Positions 9,879 to 18,861 of a stretch of 32,000 nt of DNA are shown here, piece by piece (position 1 is the first letter of the stretch; each line of letters begins with the position of its first letter). Origin of the DNA: an uncultured Lentisphaeria bacterium (GTDB lineage Bacteria; Verrucomicrobiota; Lentisphaeria; JABSQK01; JAJFLO01); assembly GCA_951812855.1 (NCBI GenBank), contig CATOSW010000001.1:1-32000 (forward strand), given 5' to 3'. The notes under the pieces were generated by a model. That model was not told where the DNA came from. It made no database searches and worked only from the letters and a program-made list of their open reading frames with translations. A program made the position numbers and the translations under genes.

Positions 9879-10925
9879 ATGGCGACCGCCTGCATTTTGC
9901 AACAAAACGCTTGTGTTCATTTAAAGTCCCAACATCTTGAGGTATCGCGGGCGGACCCGGAAACCGGGAGGCAGGAGGTACTGCGGTCCATTCCGCTTCA
10001 TGATCTCGACCGGCTCATCATCAGTGAGGACGCTCAAATGACATCACGGGCACTGGCCCGGATACTCCGGGAAAATATTCCGATATCGGTCCTTGGCTGG
10101 AATGACCGCTTTCTTGGCGGATTCCTGCCGGCAACCCCGGCTCAGGGAAGTTTCCGCCTTAATCAATACCGGCGGACTCTTGACCCGGAGTTCACCTTGG
10201 GGATGGCCCGCCAGTGGGTGGCGGCCAAGATCTACAACCAGCGACGAGTGCTTCAGCGACTGGCCGCAGCCCGGAGGCAGCACCGGGACGAGAATTCCGA
10301 GGAAAGTGAGAATGTAACCGGTCGAGAGACGGCCGAGAGTCTCGGCGGCTATATCAAGGCTGTCGAAGCCGTTGGGTCGATCGATGAAGTCCGAGGTTTG
10401 GAAGGCGCGTCCACTGCGCGTTACTTCAAAGCGTGGGCCACATTTTTGCCTCACGGAGCCGCCTTTGTAAGGCGCACGACACGGCCTCCGCTCAATGCGG
10501 TCAACGCTTGTATTTCGTTTGCTTCGACATTGCTTTATTATGAGGCGGTGGCGTTTCTGCATAGTCACGGTCTGGACCCTTCCCTCGGGGCATTGCACAC
10601 TACGGAAAATCGTCGGTGGTCTCTCGCCTTGGATTTGATTGAACCCTTTCGCCCGGCGGTGGGAGAGTCTTTGACTCTGGATCTGTTCAGCCGCTCGATA
10701 TTGAATTCCAAGGAGCATTTTGAACAGCGGGAGGGAGGTGTGTATTTAAACGAATCGGGCCGCAAGAAATTTCTGCTGCAATACGAACGCCGGGTGGAAC
10801 GTCAGTTTATGAGCGAACACGCAGGCCACCGAACAACACTGAGGCAACAGATGGAAAACGGAGCGGTAAGATACAAGGGTGCTTTGGACGCCCCAGAGAC
10901 ATTGAAGCCCTTTCGAATGAATTGA
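9879..10925 (+). CDS. cas1: Cas1 integrase
   Basis: 348 aa. RRTTRPPLNAVNACISFASTLLY...GLDPSLGALHTTENRRWSLALDLIEPFRP is the canonical Cas1 catalytic-domain signature. Confidence 0.95.
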   Translation: MATACILQQNACVHLKSQHLEVSRADPETGRQEVLRSIPLHDLDRLIISEDAQMTSRALARILRENIPISVLGWNDRFLGGFLPATPAQGSFRLNQYRRTLDPEFTLGMARQWVAAKIYNQRRVLQRLAAARRQHRDENSEESENVTGRETAESLGGYIKAVEAVGSIDEVRGLEGASTARYFKAWATFLPHGAAFVRRTTRPPLNAVNACISFASTLLYYEAVAFLHSHGLDPSLGALHTTENRRWSLALDLIEPFRPAVGESLTLDLFSRSILNSKEHFEQREGGVYLNESGRKKFLLQYERRVERQFMSEHAGHRTTLRQQMENGAVRYKGALDAPETLKPFRMN

Positions 10926-11031
10926 AGCCATGCCTTCTTCTGAGACCGGCCGCTTTAATTCCTTGGGCACGTGGTGGGAAGAGGCATTTCCTAAAACACA
11001 ATACGAGAAATCGCCGCCAGGCCAAAACCAA

Positions 11032-11307
11032 ATGCTCATTCTAATCGCATATGACGTGACCCAACCCAGGCGCTTGGCCCGAGTCGCTCGAGTTTGCGAG
11101 GATTACGGGGTAAGAGTTCAGTACAGCATCTTCGAATGCCATCTTGAAGCCGAACGGTTTCAAGAATTTTGGAAGCGCTTGCTCGCGGAAATCGACGAGG
11201 AGGAAGACCGGCTCGTCGCTTACAAACTGGATGCGAAAAACGCCCAACGTACGATGACAGCCGGATCAATGGTTTGCTCTGAAAAAGTCGTGTGCTATTT
11301 GGTTTGA
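11032..11307 (+). CDS. cas2: Cas2
   Basis: MLILIAYDVTQPRRLARVARVCEDYGVRVQYSIFECHL... is the canonical Cas2 ferredoxin fold start. The alternative upstream start at 10930 adds 34 non-conserved residues. Confidence 0.92.
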   Translation: MLILIAYDVTQPRRLARVARVCEDYGVRVQYSIFECHLEAERFQEFWKRLLAEIDEEEDRLVAYKLDAKNAQRTMTAGSMVCSEKVVCYLV

Positions 11308-11514
11308 GAGGGATTGATGAGTTTCAGGTAACGAAGTGGAAGCGCCGAATATGGGCCTTTCGCAACCTAAGTTGTAAGTCCTTGAAGACAAAGGCCATAT
11401 GTTGAATTTTCACACTAGTTTACCCCTTGGCAACCTGGCGGAAACTACATTTTTTGACCGTCGTTGCCTACTCGTGTCTTGCGCCCTTGATGATCAAGGG
11501 CTTACATACCCGGA
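11308..11514 (+). promoter_or_regulatory. CRISPR leader (cas2-proximal)
   Basis: 207-bp non-coding stretch between cas2 and repeat 1. The degenerate repeat sits at the opposite end of the array. A 17-bp palindrome CCCTTGATGATCAAGGG lies at 11484-11500. No promoter could be assigned confidently. Confidence 0.6.
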
Positions 11515-12387
11515 GCCGTGAACCGGCTGAACGCCGAAAGGCATTGGAGACCGCTGGACCTCCGACCGACGATCGACGAGCCATTCCCGGAAGCCGTGAA
11601 CCGGCTGAACGCCGAAAGGCATTGGAGACAGGATATCCCTGGATATCCTCCATGAGATCCAGCAGGGGCCGTGAACCGGCTGAACGCCGAAAGGCATTGG
11701 AGACGTCGACGTCCTCCCCGCCGCCGCCCTGGACGAGGCCGGGCCGTGAACCGGCTGAACGCCGAAAGGCATTGGAGACATGCCCCCGTAGGAGCCGACC
11801 CCGATGCCCCGGCCCCCGGAGGCCGTGAACCGGCTGAACGCCGAAAGGCATTGGAGACCGGCTGTTTCCGCGCCCTCCTTCACGAGATCGTCGACGGCCG
11901 TGAACCGGCTGAACGCCGAAAGGCATTGGAGACGGGAGGGGGTCTGCCCCCTCCCCGCCTGTCTCTTCCTCGCCGTGAACCGGCTGAACGCCGAAAGGCA
12001 TTGGAGACGACTCGACGAAGGATGAAATAGGAATCTTCATTCCGCGCCGTGAACCGGCTGAACGCCGAAAGGCATTGGAGACGACCGGGTAAGTCGACTC
12101 GACGAAGGATGAAATAGGAATGCCGTGAACCGGCTGAACGCCGAAAGGCATTGGAGACTGGCGTCTGAGCATTCCGACCTTACCATCGCGGCGGCTGGCC
12201 GTGAACCGGCTGAACGCCGAAAGGCATTGGAGACGACCGGGTAAGTCGACTCGACGAAGGATGAAATAGGAATGCCGTGAACCGGCTGAACGCCGAAAGG
12301 CATTGGAGACGAGAACCTCTCGTCCGCCGCCATCTGCTTGTGCTCCTCCTGCCGTGAACCGGCTGAACGCCGAAAAACAATCTGGAA
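11515..12387 (+). CRISPR. CRISPR array: 12 repeats of 37 nt (GCCGTGAACCGGCTGAACGCCGAAAGGCATTGGAGAC) and 11 spacers of 37-42 nt
   Basis: Repeat starts: 11515, 11593, 11668, 11743, 11822, 11897, 11972, 12046, 12122, 12198, 12274, 12351. Repeats 1-11 are identical. Repeat 12 keeps only the first 25 nt. The repeat has a GCC-GAAA-GGC mini-hairpin followed by an ATTGGAGAC 3' tag region, consistent with + strand transcription. Confidence 0.97.
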
Positions 12388-12429
12388 GGGCAAGCGGACA
12401 AACTATTTGACTAGTTGGAGAAGGAAGGC

Positions 12430-12748
12430 GGGATAAGGAATCTTTTATCGCCATCCCCCGGTTCAGGTTCCGCGCCAGCATCGATCAATTTTAAAGCGCG
12501 AGGGGTAAAAATTTAAGGAGCGAACGCGCAAACGCATCACCAAAAACACCGGTTTTACTGGTTTTTTTTCACGAAACGAGGAGATTTTGATTGCGGAGCG
12601 AACGTAGCGAACGCGCAAACGCATCGCCAAAACCAGCGATTTTACTGGGGTTTTTGCGAAATTGGCAGAAAAATGAGGCGCGCGAACGGAGCAAACCGAC
12701 GTAATCTTTGCGCTTGATGCTACTCCTCGTTCGGCTATTGCACAGGGG
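12430..12748 (+). promoter_or_regulatory. cos-like packaging region upstream of terS (conserved 91-bp block plus two ~50-bp direct repeats with dyad cores)
   Basis: Direct repeats at 12521-12570 and 12608-12657 share the core CCAAAAAC..CG.TTTTACTGG(GG)TTTT. The right arm has equivalent repeats at 21402-21444 and 21488-21530, with perfect dyads AAAAAC-N3-GTTTTT. Its position immediately 5' of a Nu1-like terS mirrors lambda cosN/cosB. Confidence 0.45.
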
Positions 12749-13222
12749 ATGAAGAGACGGAAATTAATGACGCCGAGCGAGCTCGCGGACGAATTCAAGC
12801 TGGCCTCGAGCACTGTCCGAAATAGGTTGAAGTCGGCGGGGGTCGCTCCCGTGTCACGCGGGTCCAATGGGCGCTGCTACCCCGCGAAAGCGGCCCGGAC
12901 GGCGTGTCGGGCGGTTCACCACAAGCGGCGCTCCCCAGCGAAAACTCCCGAAGAGAAGGACCTGCAGGAGCGCAAGCTTCTGAGGGAGTGCGAGAAACTC
13001 GAATTCGAACTGGCGGTCAAGCGGCGCGAGTATCTGCCGAAGGAGGAAACGCTGGAGTTCCTTGGACGCGCAATGGCCGAGTTGCGGGATCGACTGCTGA
13101 AAATCCCGGCGGAGTTGTCCGATCGACTGGACCCTCCACTCAAGGCCGAATTGGGCAAGGTCATTCGGCTGCAGCTCAACGATTTCGCGGCCAGAATGCA
13201 TGAGATCGCCGACGGACAGTGA
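12749..13222 (+). CDS. terS: Terminase small subunit, Nu1-like (HTH N-terminus)
   Basis: 157 aa. The N-terminal HTH is MTPSELADEFKLASSTVRNRLKSAGVAPVSRGSNG, followed by a coiled region LRECEKLEFELAVKRREYLPKEE and LLKIPAELSDRL. This is the same layout as lambda Nu1. It lies immediately upstream of a GpA-like terL. Confidence 0.72.
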   Translation: MKRRKLMTPSELADEFKLASSTVRNRLKSAGVAPVSRGSNGRCYPAKAARTACRAVHHKRRSPAKTPEEKDLQERKLLRECEKLEFELAVKRREYLPKEETLEFLGRAMAELRDRLLKIPAELSDRLDPPLKAELGKVIRLQLNDFAARMHEIADGQ

Positions 13223-14976
13223 ACCTGCCCAAGCCATCGCGAAGACGCTTGGGCGGATGGCCACAGTCGCGCATTGCGACGACATTCTCAGCTGGCTAGA
13301 TCAAACGCTGTATCTGCGCGACTCCCCCTACGGCAACCGGTTCAAGTCGGCGGTGTCGCCTTGGCTTCACGAGCCGTTGCGGGCCCTCACCGATCCGAAC
13401 GTGCGGGAGGTCTGGATTATGGCCTCGGCCCAGGGGGGCAAAACAATCGTCCTGCTCTCGCACCTGCTCTACTCATTGGTCCATGACCCGGGGCCCACAA
13501 TGGTGGTCCTGGACACCGACAAGGCGGCGGTCGCCTGGTGGGAGAGCAAGCTCGATCCGACGCTGAAGCATTGTCCGGCCTTGGTCGGCAGGCTGCCGCA
13601 AAACCCGGAGCGCTACAAGAAGTCGGCCATTCTGATGCCGGACGCGACCGTGCGGATCGGTCCGGCCAACAACTCGTTCCTACGCAGCCATTCGATTCGC
13701 TATCTCGCCTGCGACGAGGTATCGAAATGGCCGGTCGGCAACATCGCCAACGCCAAAGCTCGCTGTCGCCAGTTCGGGGATCGGAAGATGGTCTTTTGTT
13801 CGACGCCGCTGGACGTCGACAACGAGTTCACTGTCGGATGGGAATCCGGCAGCCGCGAGTATTGGGCCTTTGGTTGTTTGGGGTGCGGCGAGCCTTTCGC
13901 GCCAAAATTCCGCGAGCACATGCGCTGGGATTCAGGGCCGGAGGTCAAGCCCAACGGCGTCTGGGACATCGTGGGCGCGGCGGCCACGGCGCGCCTGGTT
14001 TGTCCTCGGTGTGGCCACGAACACCCCCACACAGCAGAAACCATCGCTCGGCTCAACGCGGGCGGTCGATACGTGAGCGACCGATCAATCGGAGCGGTGC
14101 GGTCGTTCCATTTCTCCTCACTCGTATTGAGCCCAAAAGTCTGTAGCTGGTCCGAGCTGGTCGCCGAATTCCTGTCCGCGAAGATCAGCGCGGAGATTCG
14201 TCCGCCGGCCCTGCTGAAGGAATTTGTCAACTTGCAGTTGGCCGAACCCTGGGACGACGTCGTCCCGACCGAGGAGAAAATCAGCGTCAGCGATACCCCA
14301 GTCCAGAGCCCTGCTGATTTTGACGGTCGATGTTCAGAAGGACCATTTTTGGGCGCTCGTTCGGGCCTGGTCCAAATCGGGAAACTCCACGCTCATACGC
14401 TTTGCACGGGTGGGGTCCTGGGACGAGGTGGCGTCGGTCGCGACGAGCGAGGGCGTTGAGAACAAATATGTCTTCGCGGACTCGCGATTCGACACCGCGA
14501 CGGTGGAGATGGAGTGCGCCCGGCGCGGATGGCGGACCTTGCAAGGCTCCAGTCGAGACTCGTTCAGGTGGACAGCGCCCAAGGGGAGTCCACGCGGGAA
14601 ATCCAGCGAACGCTATTACTCGCCTCTCCGCCGCTGCTACGTCGCCCGCTCGCGGGACCGGCGACAAACGGCGGTCATCACCCAGCGCATCGTGTTGGCG
14701 AGCAATCCCCTCAAAACGATGGCACATCGCCTAAGCGTGGGGCGGGGAGGCGTCCGTTGGGAAACCAGCAACCTCGCCTTGGGCCAGTGGCAGGATGACT
14801 ATCTGCATCAAATGAAGGGCGAACAGTTGCGGCGGGTGGGAACGGAGTATGTGTGGAAGAGGATCCACGACAACCACGCCTTCGATTTGGAATACTACCA
14901 AGTCGGCCTGGCTCTGGCGGCGGGCATTAGATTTGACAGCGGAACTCGTGCGGCCAAGGTGAGCGGCGATGGCTAG
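13200..14976 (+). pseudogene. terL: Terminase large subunit, GpA-like, split by one frameshift near 14296-14312
   Basis: The ORF 13200-14459 carries the Walker A-like IMASAQGGKTIVLL and ACDEVSKWP motifs. The ORF 14224-14976, in another frame, continues with LLILTVDVQKDHFWALVRAW (GpA nuclease-domain motif). The frame switch falls at a CCCC/CCC run, so a sequencing indel cannot be excluded. Confidence 0.8.
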
Positions 14977-15342
14977 AGCAAGACAGGCATGGTAGATCCG
15001 GCAAATGCTCGGGGGCTAAGTACGACTTGCTCTCCCAGGAGCACCAGCTCGTCGAGATTAGCGACATGGCCTTTGGTTTGATTACCCTTGGCTCCGGAGC
15101 CTTGCCTTTTTGTTTCTCCTTCTCCATTGGCGTCTCATGGAGAAAGCCGCTTGTTTATTAAATTCTTAATAATTAAAGACCCGCCCTCCTCAAGCCGTCA
15201 CAGAAGCGGTTTCCCTTTGTTTTAGGGCTTTTTTGCTCGAAACCGCCGCTTGAATCACCGCAACGACCACATGACAAAGGGGCTCCTTTGATAGAGGGTG
15301 GGGTTCGGAACGAGGCGGGTCCCCTAGGCCCCCCCTACGGCT

Positions 15343-16026
15343 TCAAAGGCTCGGGACCTTCCCTCGCTTCAGGATACGCCGCACAGAAGATCGCCCGATG
15401 TTCAGCTGGCGGGCGATCGCCGCTTGGCTGTGCCCTTCCTGGTGCAGGGCGGTGATTTGGTCGGCCACCAGAATCACGGTCGCCGGTCGGCCATGGGGAC
15501 GGCCCGCTTTTCGCGCCCGGGCGATGCCCGCCCTCACCCGTTCACGCAAAATCTCCCGCTCGAACTCCGCGAACACCGCCAGCAAGCCGGCCATGGCCCG
15601 CCCCCCAGGGGTCGTCAGATCCAAGGCTTCGGTCACCGAGATGAAACCGACCTCCAGGGCGGAGAGTTCCTGCAGCGTTCCCACCAAGTCAGGGAGGGAA
15701 CGGCCCCATCGGTCCAGGCGCCAGACCAAGATCGCGTCCACCTCCCGGCGCCGAGCGGCTTTCATCAGCGCTTCCCGTTCGGGCCGGTCAGTTGCTCCGG
15801 AGCCGATCTCCGCGATTTCGGTTACCGATTGCCACTCACGGCTCCGAACGTATCGCCGCAGGGCGTCCAACTGCAGGGGCAATGTCTGCTGGTCATGGGT
15901 GGAGACCCGGGCGTAGAGAGCGGCTCGAACGGGCCTTTGAGCCCCCTGGCCATAAACCTCCGGGCCGGAGGCCGCCAAAAGGGGCCGATTTCCGAGGGTT
16001 TCGAGGGCCGGGGAAGGCATGGCCAA
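15343..16026 (-). CDS. Small serine recombinase (resolvase/invertase family)
   Basis: AALYARVSTHDQ (catalytic Ser), VWRLDRWGRS, LAVFAEFEREILRERVRAGIARARKAGRPHGRP and a C-terminal HTH GHSQAAIARQLNIGRSSVRRIL. Confidence 0.92.
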   Translation of the reverse strand: MAMPSPALETLGNRPLLAASGPEVYGQGAQRPVRAALYARVSTHDQQTLPLQLDALRRYVRSREWQSVTEIAEIGSGATDRPEREALMKAARRREVDAILVWRLDRWGRSLPDLVGTLQELSALEVGFISVTEALDLTTPGGRAMAGLLAVFAEFEREILRERVRAGIARARKAGRPHGRPATVILVADQITALHQEGHSQAAIARQLNIGRSSVRRILKRGKVPSL

Positions 16027-16287
16027 AAACTAGTGTTTCAGGCCAGATCCGTCAAATCGACCGTCTCCCGGGAATGGCGATCAGGGATGACGCCCGTTTT
16101 CGCGCGAGAATGCCACTAGGAACGCGCTTGCTTTCAGCGTGATGGATCTTTCATCCATGTGGGGCTATTGCGTTCGCGGGAGATTCCGGAGCGGAGATTC
16201 GGCTCCTTTCCTTAGCTCGCAGGATGGTTGCGCAGGATAGTCGACATCCCATTATCGAGAAGAGCGCGCCGCTTTGCGGGTTACGCC

Positions 16288-16590
16288 CTAGTCTTTAGCA
16301 CCATTGGCACGCTTCTGTTCTTCTTCCTCCATCTCTAGTCTTTCAAAAATAAATTGCCGGACTTCTTTCGCCACCTCTCGGAGAACAGCACAGAGGTGCT
16401 CGTCCGTGGTGTAGCGTCGGACCTGGATTTCCACCTCAGAATCTGGCAAAACCGCCCATGACACAATTAGGCCACCGAGATCGCCGGGATCCATTGACAA
16501 CTCTCGTGCCGCTCCCTCGACAATCTCAGAAATGGCGACACACCCGCTCCGGGCCATCGACCGACCAATCGAACGAATTGAAGCTCCCAT
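16288..16590 (-). CDS. Hypothetical protein (100 aa)
   Basis: ORF co-oriented with the recombinase operon, with an acidic C-terminus. No recognisable motif. Confidence 0.4.
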   Translation of the reverse strand: MGASIRSIGRSMARSGCVAISEIVEGAARELSMDPGDLGGLIVSWAVLPDSEVEIQVRRYTTDEHLCAVLREVAKEVRQFIFERLEMEEEEQKRANGAKD

Positions 16591-16735
16591 CGCCCCACTA
16601 TCTCACAACTCTTCAAAAAATGCATGTTTTTGTGAAAGGACCTCACACGCCGCTCACGCGCCCCGTGAAACGAGAACGCCAAAATCACCTTTGGAAAGAT
16701 TCTAACTCCTCTGAAACGTGGCCCCGTAGCTCAAA

Positions 16736-17459
16736 TCAACCCTTCCACGGGGAGGCTCCGTTCTTCGGCGGACAGGCCTGCTTTCGCTCCATGCGCCCGG
16801 CTTGCCCGGCCGCCAGTTCCTCAAACCGCCGCAGAGCATCGGAAAGCGTTCTGCAAGTCCATCCATGGGTTCCCCAGTGGAGGGTCGTCGGCAGACGCTC
16901 ATCGCCCGTCCGCTGAACCGTGCCGTCGGGGAAGCGATAGTCTTTCTCGGTCCGACGTACGCGCATGACATCATAGCCCATAACCTCCGCATTCGAATGC
17001 ACCACCGAATACATCACCGCGTCCCCGGACCGAGCCACCAGGTTACGCTCCAATCCGTGGCGCCGGTAATGAATGGGAATGCGTTTCACGGATGTTATGA
17101 CGCCCGGTCGCGGGTTTTCCCACAAAGGGATGACCGAGAGTTTAAGGCGACTCCAAAAACGCTCACGCGCCGACTCACAAGCCTCGCCGCCGTCGGCGGC
17201 GATAAGCGGAGCGATTGACGGGCTCCCGGAATCGCCGTCGGACTCGGGAGGGCTTCTGGAACGTCTGGGGCGTGAGTTGGGGATTCTGTTGGGCGATGAC
17301 AATGAAGCCCTTGCCACAAGTGGGACATGTGACGCGCCAGCCCAGGCGGGACCCATCCAGGTAGAGGAGGGCTCCACAGCACCGACACCCGGTGCGATAG
17401 CTCAAGCCGTCTCCAGCGTGAGATGGGGCGGGATCAAGCGCTTGGTTCCTTTCTTTCAT
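16736..17459 (-). pseudogene. Zinc-ribbon protein fused (via an apparent frameshift) to an uncharacterised C-terminal domain
   Basis: ORF 17175-17459 starts with CRCCGALLYLDGSRLGWRVTCPTCG (CxxC...CxxC) and then turns low-complexity. ORF 16736-17377 in another frame has a low-complexity N-terminus followed by a protein-like domain (RFWSRLKLSVIPLWENP...MYSVVHSNAEVMGYDVMRV...). The 203-nt overlap suggests a single gene with a frameshift. Confidence 0.4.
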
Positions 17460-17615
17460 GGGAATAGCTTATCTGGAGAGAGCCACGCGCTCGATTTCAA
17501 AACGCCCTCAAAACGGGCCTGACCAAGTCCACTGACTAAGCAGTGAGGCTTGCCCATCCCCTCGCTTCCGAACAGGCTCCAGCGGATACCAGACCCCGCA
17601 ACAGACCTCACAATC

Positions 17616-17789
17616 ATGAAACGCGACAAAGCGACCACTCGGACTCTTGAGCGCCTCCGCCAACGAGCGGATCGGGATAAACAACGGGTCGAGGCATTGG
17701 AAGCGGGTGCAACCCAAGCGCTGGACTGTTTGAGTAGCGGACAGCCGCAAACCGCGATCCGGGTACTTCGGCACCTCTTGGATTCATGA
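17616..17789 (+). CDS. Small helical hypothetical protein
   Basis: MKRDKATTRTLERLRQRADRDKQRVEALEAG... Its stop overlaps the ssb start (ATGA at 17786), which suggests translational coupling. Confidence 0.45.
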   Translation: MKRDKATTRTLERLRQRADRDKQRVEALEAGATQALDCLSSGQPQTAIRVLRHLLDS

Positions 17790-18247
17790 ATTACAACAAA
17801 GTCGTTCTCGTGGGGCGTTTGACCCGCGACCCCGAAGTGCGCTACACCACCAAAGGCGTGGCGGTGGCCACTTTTGGCCTCGCCTGCAACCGGCGTTACC
17901 GGGCTCGGGACGGCCAGCCCGCCGAGGAAACCACCTTCGTCGATGTCACCGCCTTTGGCGACACGGCCGAAGAGATGAGACAATCGCTGTCCAAGGGCTC
18001 CCCCGTCCTTCTGGAAGGCCGTCTGCGTAACGAATCATGGGTGGATCGCAACGGGCACAAGCGCAGCTTCACCAAAGTCCTTTGCGAATCCTTCAACCTC
18101 CTCGCCTCCCGAAGGGGTGACACCTCGCCCCCATCCCAGAGCCCCTCCCCCTCAAGCCCGCCGAAGCCTCAGACCGAAGCGACGAGCCCGAGCCAACCCG
18201 AGACCAGAGCCCCAAAAGGGGGCGAAGAAGACGATGTGCCCTTTTAA
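17786..18247 (+). CDS. ssb: Single-stranded DNA-binding protein
   Basis: OB-fold start MNYNKVVLVGRLTRDPEVRYT, a Pro/Ser-rich linker and an acidic tip EEDDVPF (canonical DDDIPF-type tail). Confidence 0.93.
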   Translation: MNYNKVVLVGRLTRDPEVRYTTKGVAVATFGLACNRRYRARDGQPAEETTFVDVTAFGDTAEEMRQSLSKGSPVLLEGRLRNESWVDRNGHKRSFTKVLCESFNLLASRRGDTSPPSQSPSPSSPPKPQTEATSPSQPETRAPKGGEEDDVPF

Positions 18248-18861
18248 CGCGGTGGCTTGCACGAGCGGAGGGAGCTATCGGGACGTCGGGAGATGGTGCC
18301 GAGGAGATGCGTTCCGCAATCCAGCCAGGGACCCCTGAAGAACGGATATCGCGAGCGGGCCACGAAACACAGTCTCACGGCGTTTTGCACTGATTGCCGC
18401 CCGGCAAGGCGATAACGGCTCTAGGGAAGGGCGCCGAGACCGGACGGGATGACCGAGCTCAGGACGCCGCCACGCGCGGGTCCAACCCGCCGCCCAAGTG
18501 CATCACGGACTTGCTTTGAATAACGGGCCTTGCTACTCTCGCACTCATGTTAGCCCAGAATTAAAGCTGAAAACCTCCGCCCTTTTTCAAGAACGGAGGT
18601 TTTCGCAAAGCCGCTGCGAATACACAACGCCCTCTTTTTCGTAAAAAAGAGCGTAGTATCCGAGGGGGCCGAAGGCAACCGGAAAATGAGACTACGCGAA
18701 AAAATATTTTTAGAGACCGAGAGGGCGGGAACACCCCTTTTTCTTACCTCGCCTTCAGGTACGGTGCCTTTCTTTCGCGTTCCGAACCGTCTTTTCCCTG
18801 ATTTCCGCGGGTTTTTCGCCCTTGGTCCCACGACAAAACCCGTGAACCGGAAGGGGGACGT

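Larger units (their letters stand above)
12430..13366. repeat. Left inverted arm (cos-like region + terS + first ~35-55 codons of terL)
   Basis: By manual alignment its reverse complement matches 20693-21628. The outermost 91 bp (12430-12520 vs 21537-21628) differ by 4 substitutions and one 1-nt indel. The inner part is clearly homologous but more diverged, with indels. Confidence 0.85.

Noticed and set aside
11552-12350. Possible self-targeting of the adjacent mobile element by any of the 11 spacers
   Set aside because: I scanned by eye for spacer cores on both strands of 12.4-23.7 kb and found no extended match. This is not exhaustive, and a proper alignment is needed before excluding it.
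12455-12480. Sigma-54-like element TGGCGCGGAACCTGA on the outward-facing strand of both 91-bp arm ends, which would drive antisense transcription into the array
   Set aside because: The -12 element is CTGA rather than TTGC, and there is no supporting enhancer-binding protein gene. The match is too weak to call.
11427-12481. Long ORFs on both strands running through the CRISPR array (e.g. 11468-12481 minus 337 aa; 11427-11828 plus 133 aa) with repeated peptides such as REPAERRKALET or PMPFGVQPVHG
   Set aside because: The periodic peptides are simply translations of the 37-nt repeat. No coding signal exists beyond the repeat periodicity.
15398-16142. Plus-strand ORFs (172, 231 and 116 aa) overlapping the serine recombinase
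   Set aside because: They are antisense to a gene with unambiguous catalytic motifs, and their composition is Arg/Pro/Ser-rich and non-protein-like.
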